From positions 1 to 63,082 of the forward strand of contig DATLZE010000170.1 in the NCBI GenBank assembly GCA_035574195.1: DNA of 63,082 nt. The letters are read 5' to 3'. This stretch comes from Burkholderiales bacterium (GTDB taxonomy: Bacteria > Pseudomonadota > Gammaproteobacteria > Burkholderiales > SG8-41). The position numbers and the translations under genes are program-made. Under the pieces are notes generated by a model, which saw only the letters and a program-made list of their open reading frames with translations, was not told the origin of the DNA and ran no database searches. This document shows, one piece after another, positions 19,611 through 27,762 of the stretch; positions within the stretch are counted from its first letter, which is position 1; the number at the start of each line of letters is the position of its first letter.

Positions 19611-20070
19611 CGCCCTGCTGGCGCTGCCGCGCCGCATCGCCCGGCCGCTGCTCAATCGCAGCCTGATGGTAGGCGGGCGGCTGATCCGAGATGAAGCGCG
19701 GGCCCGGGTACCGCTGCTGCGCGTGCCTGACCGGCGGCGCGTGCGCGGCGCGCTGCGGCGCGCGATTCACGCCGGCGTGGCGCGGCCCCAGGGTCACGCC
19801 GCGAGTGTGTGGGTGCGCGTGCGCCCCCTCACGCGCGGCCAGATCGCCGCTTTCAAGCGCAGGGCGGGCGCAGGCGCTCAAAATCCTCTCGATCCGTTTT
19901 ACTGGAGATGGCTGGAGTTCGGCACGTCGAAGATGGCCGCGCGCCCGTTCCTGCGCCCCGCCTTCGAGGCGAAAAAAGAACAGGCCGCGCGCGCAATCAT
20001 CGCCGATCTACGCCCTCGGATTCTCGCCGAGGCTGAAAAACTCGGGCGACGAACAATGGGGGGCTTATGA
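19570..20070 (+). CDS. HK97 gp10-family tail/neck completion protein
   Basis: VEVRGLRELRNAL N-terminus; YWRWLEFGTSKMAARPFLRPAF signature. Confidence 0.85.
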   Translation: MLTVEVRGLRELRNALLALPRRIARPLLNRSLMVGGRLIRDEARARVPLLRVPDRRRVRGALRRAIHAGVARPQGHAASVWVRVRPLTRGQIAAFKRRAGAGAQNPLDPFYWRWLEFGTSKMAARPFLRPAFEAKKEQAARAIIADLRPRILAEAEKLGRRTMGGL

Positions 20071-20291
20071 GACGCCCGCGGCGCACCATCAAACGCGAGT
20101 CGCTCGCGCTCTACCGCGGCCGGCCGCTGGTGCTGATCGTGCCGCCGATCTGTGATGTCATCAGAATTCGCGAAAAAGGCCGCCGAACGGCTTTCGAAAT
20201 TGACCTGTTGAGCGTCTACGACCTCGCCGCGCGCAAGGCCGCAGCGCAGTTGCTTGAACAACGTGGCCGACGCGCAGGGAAAATGCCGTGA
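20067..20291 (+). CDS. Small basic hypothetical protein
   Basis: 74 aa, coupled to both neighbours (ATGA, GTGA). Confidence 0.55.
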   Translation: MRRPRRTIKRESLALYRGRPLVLIVPPICDVIRIREKGRRTAFEIDLLSVYDLAARKAAAQLLEQRGRRAGKMP

Positions 20292-20488
20292 ACTGCCCGA
20301 TTTGCCAGTACCCGCACAGTCACGTGTATCTGACGAAGTCCAACAGCGAGACCGTCCGGCGCCGGCGCGAATGCTTGCGGTGCAAGCACCGCTGGACGAC
20401 GTACGAAACGATGGAGCAGGTGATCGCCAAGTTGGCCGAGATCAGGCGGGTCATCTCCGTGTTGCAGGACCAGTGCGGGGGGGCGTAG
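20288..20488 (+). CDS. Stand-alone zinc-ribbon protein (NrdR N-terminal / Ogr-Delta-like)
   Basis: C-x2-C-x22-C-x2-C with RRRRECLRC...WTTYE; no ATP-cone domain. Confidence 0.7.
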   Translation: MNCPICQYPHSHVYLTKSNSETVRRRRECLRCKHRWTTYETMEQVIAKLAEIRRVISVLQDQCGGA

Positions 20489-20489
20489 C

Positions 20490-21620
20490 ATGTTGCGCGT
20501 GGGGAGGCCGCGGAAGAAGGCGAAGGATCTGCCGCTTGGCGTGTACTCGGTCAAGGGGCGCTTCTACGTGCGCCCCGTCAACGCGGAAATGCGCCGGGTG
20601 TTCGCGACTACGTTCCCGGGCCGGAAATGTGCGCCGCTGGGCGCCGACAAGCACGAGGCCCGCAAGCGGTGGGTTCAGTTGTTCGTCACCGATCGCCCGG
20701 AATCCGCCCAGGCCGGCACCGTCGCCGAGCTGATCGAGCGCTACGAGCGGGACATCATCCCCACCCTGCACGAGCGCACCGGCAGGGACCGCAAAGGCTA
20801 CTGTAAGCGGCTGCGGGATGCCCTGGGGGGCTGGAAATACGCCAGGAGCGAAGCGGAGGCCGCTACCGGGCCGTTCCTGCGTTCCATCCACATCACGCGC
20901 TATCTGCGCGACCAGGAGGCCGCTGGGCGCCCTGTGGCGGGCAACAAGGAGATCCGCTGCCTATCCCGCATCTTTAGGCTCGCAAAGACCCTGTGGGGCT
21001 ATACCGAGTACAACCCCTGCCTCCAGATCGAGCACAACATCGAGACCCCGCGGGGCGTCTACGTGACCGATGACATGTTCCGCCGGGTCTACGACAAGGC
21101 CCCCGCGGTGCTCCAGTGCATGATGGACCTGGCGCAGATGGTCGGCGCGCGTCGCGGCATGATTCTGAAGTTGACGCTCGCCGACGTGACACCCGAGGGG
21201 CTGCGCGTCACGCTCAACAAGCGCAAGCGCACCGAGGCCGTGCGCCGGCAGATTGTGCGTTGGACCGACGACCTGCGGGCTGTGATTGACCGGGCGCTCG
21301 AGCTGCGGGCAAAGGTGCGGGGTGGACAGCGGGAGATCAAGGATCTGGACACCGCGCCCCTGTTCCTCAACCGCTTGGGCAAGGCGTTCAGTGAGACGGG
21401 GTTTAACAGCATGTGGCAACGCGCACGCGCCGCAGCGGGTTTCGAGGCGCACGAAATTCACTTCCACGACCTCAAGGCGAAATCCGTGAGCGACAGCCCG
21501 AACGAGATTGACGCCATGAACCGCGGCGGCCACCTGGACCTCAGAACCACCAGGCGCATCTACCGCCGCAAGCCGATCGAGGTCGTTCCGCTGCCGCGGG
21601 TGAGCGGCAAGCCCGCCTGA
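20490..21620 (+). CDS. int: Tyrosine recombinase/integrase
   Basis: GARRGMILKL (R), FHDLKAK box, GGH...TTRRIY (H, Y); adjacent to the right att repeat. Confidence 0.9.
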   Translation: MLRVGRPRKKAKDLPLGVYSVKGRFYVRPVNAEMRRVFATTFPGRKCAPLGADKHEARKRWVQLFVTDRPESAQAGTVAELIERYERDIIPTLHERTGRDRKGYCKRLRDALGGWKYARSEAEAATGPFLRSIHITRYLRDQEAAGRPVAGNKEIRCLSRIFRLAKTLWGYTEYNPCLQIEHNIETPRGVYVTDDMFRRVYDKAPAVLQCMMDLAQMVGARRGMILKLTLADVTPEGLRVTLNKRKRTEAVRRQIVRWTDDLRAVIDRALELRAKVRGGQREIKDLDTAPLFLNRLGKAFSETGFNSMWQRARAAAGFEAHEIHFHDLKAKSVSDSPNEIDAMNRGGHLDLRTTRRIYRRKPIEVVPLPRVSGKPA

Positions 21621-21893
21621 TATATGCTGCTTACCCTACGAGATCTCTACGAAAGCGGCGGCTCGCAAATCGTCGAGGCCGATGGGAATTCGGCCGGGAT
21701 TGCGGTCGTGAGCGGGATCGGCGCCGCGGTTTTCCTCGCCGAAGGCGAGAGTAATGGAGTCGCGGCGGTCTCCGGCGTTGGCGCGGCGCTGTGGAATGCC
21801 GCTGGCGCGGGCGATGGGGTCGCGGCGGTCTCCGGCGTTGGCGCGGCTCCGCGGAGGCCTCCGCCAGAAGGGTGAGCGGCAAGCCCGCCTGAT
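21598..21893 (+). repeat. 24-bp perfect direct repeats (21598-21621, 21870-21893)
   Basis: GGGTGAGCGGCAAGCCCGCCTGAT, the integrase 3' end, occurs twice 272 bp apart. Confidence 0.95.
21624..21875 (+). CDS. Short Gly/Ala/Val repeat ORF (possible virion-protein fragment)
   Basis: Three 20-aa repeats (G[IV]A[VA]VSG[IV]GAA); 29-bp identical blocks at 21759 and 21819; stop codon lies in the second 24-bp repeat. Confidence 0.45.
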   Translation: MLLTLRDLYESGGSQIVEADGNSAGIAVVSGIGAAVFLAEGESNGVAAVSGVGAALWNAAGAGDGVAAVSGVGAAPRRPPPEG

Positions 21894-21894
21894 G

Positions 21895-21940
21895 CCCGAA
21901 TTTTCAAACTTTCTGGAAAACGCCCGAAATTTTCAAACTT
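21895..21940 (+). repeat. Tandem AATTTTCAAAC motifs at right end
   Basis: Copies at 21899-21909 and 21928-21938; CCCGAATTTTCAAAC at 21895 is identical to 14001-14015. Confidence 0.65.
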
Positions 21941-21977
21941 TTCCGATTGTCAGCCCATCGGCAACCCATTGAACCTT

Positions 21978-21986
21978 TGTTATAAT
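21978..21986 (+). promoter_or_regulatory. Element-borne extended -10 promoter for tRNA-Pro
   Basis: TGtTATAAT 8 nt upstream of the intact tRNA. Confidence 0.7.
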
Positions 21987-21994
21987 TCTGCTCT

Positions 21995-22071
21995 CGGGGC
22001 GTAGCGCAGCCTGGTAGCGTACCGGCATGGGGTGCCGGTGGTCGTGAGTTCAAATCTCACCGCCCCGACCA
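21995..22071 (+). tRNA. tRNA-Pro(GGG), intact copy
   Basis: CGGGGCG/CGCCCCG acceptor stem, CCGGC-ATGGGGT-GCCGG anticodon arm, GTTCAAAT T-loop, CCA. Confidence 0.97.
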
Positions 22072-22079
22072 GATAACAG

Positions 22080-22118
22080 CGGCTGGCAGGAAGGACTTGC
22101 CAGCCGTTTTATTTTATT
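22080..22118. terminator. Intrinsic terminator after tRNA-Pro
   Basis: CGGCTGGCAGG/CTTGCCAGCCG stem followed by TTTTATTTTATT. Confidence 0.85.
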
Positions 22119-22173
22119 GACCGGCGCTCGATGGCGCGCTTCATTTTCCGTCGCGTGCCCGCAGGCGGGAGGC

Positions 22174-22641
22174 TCAGTTTCTCAGGCGCACGCGCTTGCC
22201 GAGGTGCGCGCAATCCTCGTCTGTTTTCAGACCCGCAGCGCGGATGCCGTGCGCCGCGAGCTCCTCGTCCCGCGCCTCGGTGTCGCCGGTGACGCCGACC
22301 GCGCCCACCACTTCGCCGCGCCGGTCCCGGATCAGCCGCCCGCCGCCTTCCGGGAACAGCCTTCCGCCCGAGGCGCGGATCAGATACTCCATGAACAGCG
22401 GCCGCTCCTCGGCGCGCGCGCGCACCAGGCTCGAGGAGCGCCCGAGCGCGAGCGCGGCGTAGGCCTTGCCCATCGCCATCTCGAAGCGCAGCAGCGCCGA
22501 GCCGTCCTCCTTCTTGAAGGCTTTCACGCACGCGCCGGCGTCGGTCACCACGACCGCGAGCGGCCGGCAGCCGAGCTCGCGCCCGCGCGCGAGCACGGCG
22601 TCAATGATGCGTTCGGATTGTTCCAGCGTGAGGCCGCTCAT
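22174..22641 (-). CDS. GlcG/HbpS heme-binding family protein
   Basis: AVVVTDAG...GKAYAAL...GGGRLI...VGAVGVTG; start at MSGLTLEQS. Confidence 0.85.
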   Translation of the reverse strand: MSGLTLEQSERIIDAVLARGRELGCRPLAVVVTDAGACVKAFKKEDGSALLRFEMAMGKAYAALALGRSSSLVRARAEERPLFMEYLIRASGGRLFPEGGGRLIRDRRGEVVGAVGVTGDTEARDEELAAHGIRAAGLKTDEDCAHLGKRVRLRN

Positions 22642-22772
22642 AGCGCATCTCCCTGAACCCGCGTGTCCCGTGAAGGGGCCGATTGTGCGATCGTGCGGGC
22701 CGGGCGTGCAAGCCTTAGAATGGCGGCTCGGGACCGAGCCGGCAGTGCCGGGCCCGTGCAAGATCGAGGAGG

Positions 22773-23780
22773 ATGACGATGCGAAGATCCTGTCACGCCG
22801 CCGCGGCTCTCGCCCTGGCCGTCGCCGCGGCGGCCGGGGGCGCGCCCGGCGCGCGGGCCGCGGAAGGCTACCCGGCGAAGCCGATCCGCCTGATCGTGGG
22901 TTTTGCGCCGGGCGGGGCGAACGATCTCGTCGCGCGGGCGATCGCAACACGGCTCTCCGCGCGGCTCGGGCAGCAGGTGATCGTCGAGAACCGCGCCGGC
23001 GCCGGGGGCAACATCGCGACCGAGCTCGTGGCGCGCGCGGCGCCCGACGGCTACACCTTGCTGCTCGCCTCCGTCGCCTCCTTCGCGATGAGCCCGGCGC
23101 TGCTCGGCAAGGTGCCGTTCGACCCGCTCAACGACTTCGCGCCGGTGACCCAGGCCGCGTGGGTGACGAGCCTGCTCTCGGTCCATCCCTCGATGCCGGC
23201 GCGCTCGCTCAAGCAGCTCGTCGCGCTCGCGAAGAAGCAGCCCGGCGCGATCAACTATGCCACGCCTGGCGTCGGCAGCATCGCGCACCTCACCTCGGAG
23301 CTGCTCTGGAGCACCGCGGGCGTCAAGCTCAACCACGTTCCGTACAAGGGCGGCGGCCCCGCCGTGGTGGACGCGATCGCGGGCCAGGTCGAGGCGATCT
23401 TCTCGCTCATCTCGACGCAGACCCCCCACGTGCGCTCCGGGCGGTTGCGCGCGCTCGCGGTCTCGAGCGCCAGGCGCTCGGGCGCGCTGCCGGAGGTGCC
23501 CACGGTCGCCGAATCCGGCTTTCCGGGATTCGAAGCGAGCGGCTGGCTCGGGCTCGCGTTTCCGGCGCGCACCCCCAAGCCGATCGTGGACCGCATCCAC
23601 AAGGAGACGGTGGCGATCCTGGGGCTGCGCGAGGTCCAGGCCCATTTCGAGGACCTGGGGCTCGACGCCCAGCCGAGCGATCCGGCCTCGTTCCACGCCC
23701 TGATCAGGTCCGAGCACGCGCGGTGGGACAAGGTGGTGAGGGAGGCGGGGCTGCGCGGCAAGACCGCGGGCGGCTCGTGA
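22773..23780 (+). CDS. Tripartite tricarboxylate transporter substrate-binding protein (Bug/TctC)
   Basis: YPAKPIRLIVGFAPGG, ENRAGAGG, HVPYKGGGP. Confidence 0.92.
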   Translation: MTMRRSCHAAAALALAVAAAAGGAPGARAAEGYPAKPIRLIVGFAPGGANDLVARAIATRLSARLGQQVIVENRAGAGGNIATELVARAAPDGYTLLLASVASFAMSPALLGKVPFDPLNDFAPVTQAAWVTSLLSVHPSMPARSLKQLVALAKKQPGAINYATPGVGSIAHLTSELLWSTAGVKLNHVPYKGGGPAVVDAIAGQVEAIFSLISTQTPHVRSGRLRALAVSSARRSGALPEVPTVAESGFPGFEASGWLGLAFPARTPKPIVDRIHKETVAILGLREVQAHFEDLGLDAQPSDPASFHALIRSEHARWDKVVREAGLRGKTAGGS

Positions 23781-23802
23781 GCAACCGACCGCAAGACACG
23801 CC

Positions 23803-24654
23803 TTGAGCCGCAGCCTGCGCATCGCCTGCCTGCAGCTCAGCTCGGGCAACGATTTCGCCGCCAATCTCGCCGCGCTCCAAGGCATGGCGCGCGAGGCCGC
23901 GGCGGGTGGCGCGCGCTTTGTTTTCGCGCCCGAGTACTGCCTGATGCTCGACGGCAGCGGGCGCGTGATGCGCGAACGCGCGCTCGCCCCGGACGGGGAG
24001 CCCGCGCTCTCCGCGCTGCGCGCGCTCGCCCGCGAGCTCGGGGTATGGCTGCTCGCCGGCTCGCTGACGCTGAGAAGCGACGATGGCCGGCTGTGGAACC
24101 GCTCGCTGCTCTTTTCGGCGGAGGGCCGCGTGGCGGCAAGCTACGACAAGATCCACATGTTCGACGCGACGCTCCCGAGCGGCAGGACGATACGCGAATC
24201 GAGCGCCTACCGCCCGGGCGATCGCGCGGTGATCGCCGACACGCCCTGGGGCGGGCTCGGCATGACGGTGTGCTATGACCTGCGCTTCCCCCAGCTCTAC
24301 CGGGCGCTCGCCCGCGGCGGGGCGGTGCTGCTCTGCGTGCCTTCTTCCTTCCAGCGCGAAACCGGGCGGGCGCACTGGCATGCGCTGTTGCGAGCGCGGG
24401 CGATCGAGAACGCGGCTTTCGTGATCGCGCCGGCCCAGTGCGGGGACCATCCCGGGGAACGCATGAGCTACGGGCACTCGCTGGTGGTGGATCCGTGGGG
24501 CGAGGTGCTCGCCGACGCGGGCGAGGCGCCCGGCGTGGTGTACGCCGATCTCGATCTCGGACGGGTGGAACGGGTGCGCGCGATGCTGCCCTCGCTCGCG
24601 CACGATCGGCCGTTCTCTCCTCCTGGCGCGCTGCCGCCGCAGCGTCCGATATAA
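23803..24654 (+). CDS. Carbon-nitrogen hydrolase (Nit1-like)
   Basis: FAPE, YDKIHMFD, VCYDLRFP catalytic triad motifs. Confidence 0.9.
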   Translation: MSRSLRIACLQLSSGNDFAANLAALQGMAREAAAGGARFVFAPEYCLMLDGSGRVMRERALAPDGEPALSALRALARELGVWLLAGSLTLRSDDGRLWNRSLLFSAEGRVAASYDKIHMFDATLPSGRTIRESSAYRPGDRAVIADTPWGGLGMTVCYDLRFPQLYRALARGGAVLLCVPSSFQRETGRAHWHALLRARAIENAAFVIAPAQCGDHPGERMSYGHSLVVDPWGEVLADAGEAPGVVYADLDLGRVERVRAMLPSLAHDRPFSPPGALPPQRPI

Positions 24655-24703
24655 TGGACGCCGGCCGGAGCGGGGCGATCACGAGCCAAGAAAGGAGGCA
24701 CCC

Positions 24704-25264
24704 GTGGGTTACTCGTTACAGGAATTCTGCCGCGACGCGCGCGCAATCCTCAGGCGCGGCGCCTCGCGCGCCGAGGTCGAGAGGATCCGCCCTCTGATGG
24801 AGCGGCTGGTCGTGGACCGCGATTTCGTCGCGGAGTATTTCGGCGAGAATCAGCCGGTGGGGCTCAGGCGAATCTACGTGGATCCCGAGACCGGCTTCGA
24901 GATGATGACCTACCGCTACGAGGAGGCGCGCAAGTCCCAGCCGCACGATCATGGCGACTCGTGGGCGATCTACGCGCAGGTTGCCGAGCACACCGACATG
25001 ACGGAGTGGGAGCGGACCGACGACGGCTCCGACCCGGAGCGCGCGCGGCTCAAGGTGAAGGCCCGCTACCGGCTCGACCCGGGCCGGGCCGGGATCTATT
25101 TCGGGCGCGAGCTGCATTCCACCGCCACGCCGCCCGGCGCACGCTATCTGCGCATCACCGGCACCGACCTCGAGAACGTCGAGCGCCTGCGGATTGACGA
25201 GGCGAGCGGGCGCATCGAGCGCATCCGCGCCCGCCAGACCGGCGCCGCCCGCGCGGGGGCGTGA
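24704..25264 (+). CDS. Cupin / cysteine dioxygenase-like protein
   Basis: [11 protein letters not shown] cupin motif 1; later ELH. Confidence 0.6.
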   Translation: MGYSLQEFCRDARAILRRGASRAEVERIRPLMERLVVDRDFVAEYFGENQPVGLRRIYVDPETGFEMMTYRYEEARKSQPHDHGDSWAIYAQVAEHTDMTEWERTDDGSDPERARLKVKARYRLDPGRAGIYFGRELHSTATPPGARYLRITGTDLENVERLRIDEASGRIERIRARQTGAARAGA

Positions 25265-25274
25265 GCCGCGGGCC

Positions 25275-26024
25275 GTGCGCATCCTGCTGAGCAACGATGA
25301 CGGCTATTTTGCGCCGGGCATCGCGCTGCTCGCGGAGATGCTGGCCCCGCTCGCCGCGGTGACCGTGGTCGCGCCCGAGCGCGACCGCAGCGGCTCCAGC
25401 AACTCGCTCACCCTCGACCGCCCGCTCATGGTGCGTCGCGCGCCGAGCGGCTTCTATTACGTCAACGGCACCCCCACCGATTGCGTGCACCTGGCGGTGA
25501 CCGGGCTGCTGCAGGAGCCTCCCGACCTCGTGATCTCCGGCATCAATCACGGCGCGAACATGGGCGACGACACCATCTATTCGGGAACGGTCGCCGCGGC
25601 GACCGAGGGCTTTCTCCTCGGCATCCCCTCGATCGCGATCTCGCTGGTAGCCGAGGGCGAGGGGCGCTTCCGCACCGCGGGGCGCGTGGCGGTGGAGCTG
25701 GTGCGGCGCTTCCAGAGGCGGCCGTTCGGCGAGCCGGTGCTGCTCAACGTCAACGTGCCCGATGTCGAGTACGGGGAGCTGCGCGGGATGGAAGTGACGC
25801 GGCTCGGCCGACGGCACAAGGCGGAGCCGGTGGTGAAATCCACGACGCCGCGCGGCGAGACCGTGTACTGGATCGGAGCCGCCGGCAGCGCGCAGGATGC
25901 GAGCGCCGGAACCGACTTTCACGCGGTGGCGGCCAGTCGCGTCTCGATCACGCCGTTGCAGGTGGATCTCACGCGCTATTCCCAGCTCGAGGCGGTCGGC
26001 GCCTGGCTGGCGCAACCGGGATGA
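25275..26024 (+). CDS. surE: 5'/3'-nucleotidase SurE
   Basis: [32 protein letters not shown]. Confidence 0.95.
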   Translation: MRILLSNDDGYFAPGIALLAEMLAPLAAVTVVAPERDRSGSSNSLTLDRPLMVRRAPSGFYYVNGTPTDCVHLAVTGLLQEPPDLVISGINHGANMGDDTIYSGTVAAATEGFLLGIPSIAISLVAEGEGRFRTAGRVAVELVRRFQRRPFGEPVLLNVNVPDVEYGELRGMEVTRLGRRHKAEPVVKSTTPRGETVYWIGAAGSAQDASAGTDFHAVAASRVSITPLQVDLTRYSQLEAVGAWLAQPG

Positions 26025-26683
26025 GGCCGGGCGGGATCTCCGGCGTCGGCATGACCTCGCAGCGCACGCGGCTGCGCATGGTCGAGCGCCTGCGCGCCCA
26101 GGGCATCCGCGACGAGGCGGTGCTCGCGGCGATGGCCGAGGTGCCGCGCCACATTTTCGTGGACGAGGCGCTCGCGAGCCGCGCCTACGAGGACATCGCG
26201 CTGCCGCTCGGCTTCGGGCAGACCATCTCGAGCCCGCACACGGTGGCGCGCATGACCGAGCTCGCCCGCGCGGGGCAGCCGCTCGCAAGAGTGCTCGAAA
26301 TCGGGACCGGCTGCGGCTACCAGACCGCCGTGCTCGCCCGGCTCGCCGAGCAGGTCTATTCGATGGAGCGCATCGCGGCTCTCGTGAGGAGGGCGCGCCG
26401 CAACTTGCGCGAGGCCGGCATCGGCAACGTGCACCTGCGCCACGGCGACGGCCGCGCCGGCATGCCCGGCGTGGCGCCGTTCAACGCGATCGTCATGACC
26501 GCGGCGGCCGATCTCGTTCCCGAGAAGCTGCTCGCGCAGCTCGAGGTCGGTGGTAGAATGGTTCTGCCGGTGGCGGAGGCCGACGAGCAGCGCCTGTGCG
26601 TGATCGAGCGCACCGGCAAGGGCTATGTGGAGCGCCGTCTCGAGCCGGTACGCTTCGTGCCGCTGCTGCCCGGCATCGGCTAG
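26021..26683 (+). CDS. pcm: Protein-L-isoaspartate O-methyltransferase
   Basis: [26 protein letters not shown]; follows surE. Confidence 0.95.
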   Translation: MRPGGISGVGMTSQRTRLRMVERLRAQGIRDEAVLAAMAEVPRHIFVDEALASRAYEDIALPLGFGQTISSPHTVARMTELARAGQPLARVLEIGTGCGYQTAVLARLAEQVYSMERIAALVRRARRNLREAGIGNVHLRHGDGRAGMPGVAPFNAIVMTAAADLVPEKLLAQLEVGGRMVLPVAEADEQRLCVIERTGKGYVERRLEPVRFVPLLPGIG

Positions 26684-26780
26684 GTTTTGCGTTCGATGTT
26701 CAGTGTTCGGGGTTCCGGGTTCAAGGCTCGATCCCGGCACCCTTGAATCCCGGAGTCCTGAGCACCGCACCTGGAACCTG
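26684..26780. repeat. Heptad-periodic palindromic repeat (family B)
   Basis: Seven in-phase 7-mers GTTTTGC GTTCGAT GTTCAGT GTTCGGG GTTCCGG GTTCAAG GCTCGAT with a complementary right arm (CTTGAAT...CTGGAAC). Confidence 0.75.
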
Positions 26781-26781
26781 G

Positions 26782-27681
26782 ATGCAGCCATCTTGGAGAG
26801 CGGCTCTTGCAGGAGCGCTGGCCGCGCTGCTGCTGGCGGGCTGTGCCGCGAAGCGCGGCGCGCCGGTGGTGGAGCGCGCGCCCGAGGCGAAGCCTGCGCC
26901 ATCCAAGCCCGCTGTCGCGGCGAAACCGGCGCCGCGGATGCCGGACACCCGGCCCGAGACCTACACGGTCAAGAAGGGCGACACCTTATACAGCATCGCG
27001 CTCGACCACGGGCTCGATTACCGTGAGCTCGCGCAATGGAACGGCATCACCGATGCCGGCGTCATCCGCGCGGGCCAGCAGCTGCGGTTGAGGCCTCCAT
27101 CCCCCGTCGCGGCGGCCGCGCCGTTCAGGGCCGCCCCCGGCGTCGAAGCGCGGCCGCTGGCGGGGGCCGCGCCCGGCGCGGGCGACAACGTCAAATCGGA
27201 GCCCCGAGCGGTGCGCGTGCCGTACTCCGAGCAGGCCCATGCCCAGCTCGCTTCGGTGAGGCCCGACGCACAGGCGGCGCGCCCGGCGCCCGCGCGCGAG
27301 GAGGGCGACGAGACGCCCGACTGGGGCTGGCCGGCGAGCGGCAGAATCATCAGCACCTTCAACGAGAGCGCGGGCCTCAAGGGCATCAGTATCGCCGGCC
27401 GGCTCGGGCAGCCGGTGCTGGCGAGCGCCGCCGGCAGGGTCATCTTCAGCGGCACCGGCATTCGCGGCTTCGGCAAGCTGATCGTGATCAAGCACAACAA
27501 CGCCTTTCTGAGCGTCTACGCGCACAACAGCGAGCTCCTGGTGAAGGAGGGACAGACGGTCGCGAAGGGACAGAAGATCGCCGAGATGGGCGCCACCGAC
27601 GCCGACCAGGTCAAGCTCCATTTCGAAATCCGGCGCTTCGGCAAGCCGGTGGACCCGATCAAGTTCCTGCCGCCCGCCTGA
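26782..27681 (+). CDS. nlpD: LysM/M23 lipoprotein NlpD
   Basis: Lipobox LLAGC, LysM YTVKKGDTLYSIA, M23 YAHN and LHFEIR. Confidence 0.92.
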   Translation: MQPSWRAALAGALAALLLAGCAAKRGAPVVERAPEAKPAPSKPAVAAKPAPRMPDTRPETYTVKKGDTLYSIALDHGLDYRELAQWNGITDAGVIRAGQQLRLRPPSPVAAAAPFRAAPGVEARPLAGAAPGAGDNVKSEPRAVRVPYSEQAHAQLASVRPDAQAARPAPAREEGDETPDWGWPASGRIISTFNESAGLKGISIAGRLGQPVLASAAGRVIFSGTGIRGFGKLIVIKHNNAFLSVYAHNSELLVKEGQTVAKGQKIAEMGATDADQVKLHFEIRRFGKPVDPIKFLPPA

Positions 27682-27692
27682 CCGGCGCCGCA

Positions 27693-27761
27693 GGCTCGAG
27701 CTCGAAGTTGCGGATTCGAGGTTCCAGGAGCGGAGATCGAGTCTTGAACTCGAAACCCCGG
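27693..27761. repeat. Heptad-periodic repeat (family B)
   Basis: GCTCGAG CTCGAA GTTGCGG ATTCGAG GTTCCAG ... CTTGAA CTCGAAACCC between convergent genes. Confidence 0.6.
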
Positions 27762-27762
27762 T

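Larger units (their letters stand above)
13857..22036 (+). mobile_element. 8.1-kb integrated phage-satellite-like element at tRNA-Pro
   Basis: 43-bp terminal direct repeats 8137 bp apart, tyrosine integrase next to the right end, all genes on + strand and often stop/start coupled, phage-type genes. Confidence 0.88.

Noticed and set aside
21460-21485. Integrase inactive because HxxR reads HDLK
   Set aside because: I recall HDLKAK as a recurring variant in a phage integrase family; the other catalytic residues and both att repeats are intact, so I do not treat it as decay (activity untested).
13857-22036. Labelling the element as P4-like, PICI, cf-PICI or a complete prophage
   Set aside because: No primase-helicase, terS, capsid or portal genes, no recognisable Sid/Psu, no divergent regulator pair, and far too few structural genes.
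26684-26780. Periodic repeats as a CRISPR array
   Set aside because: Units are 7-9 nt, degenerate and without spacers; no cas genes.
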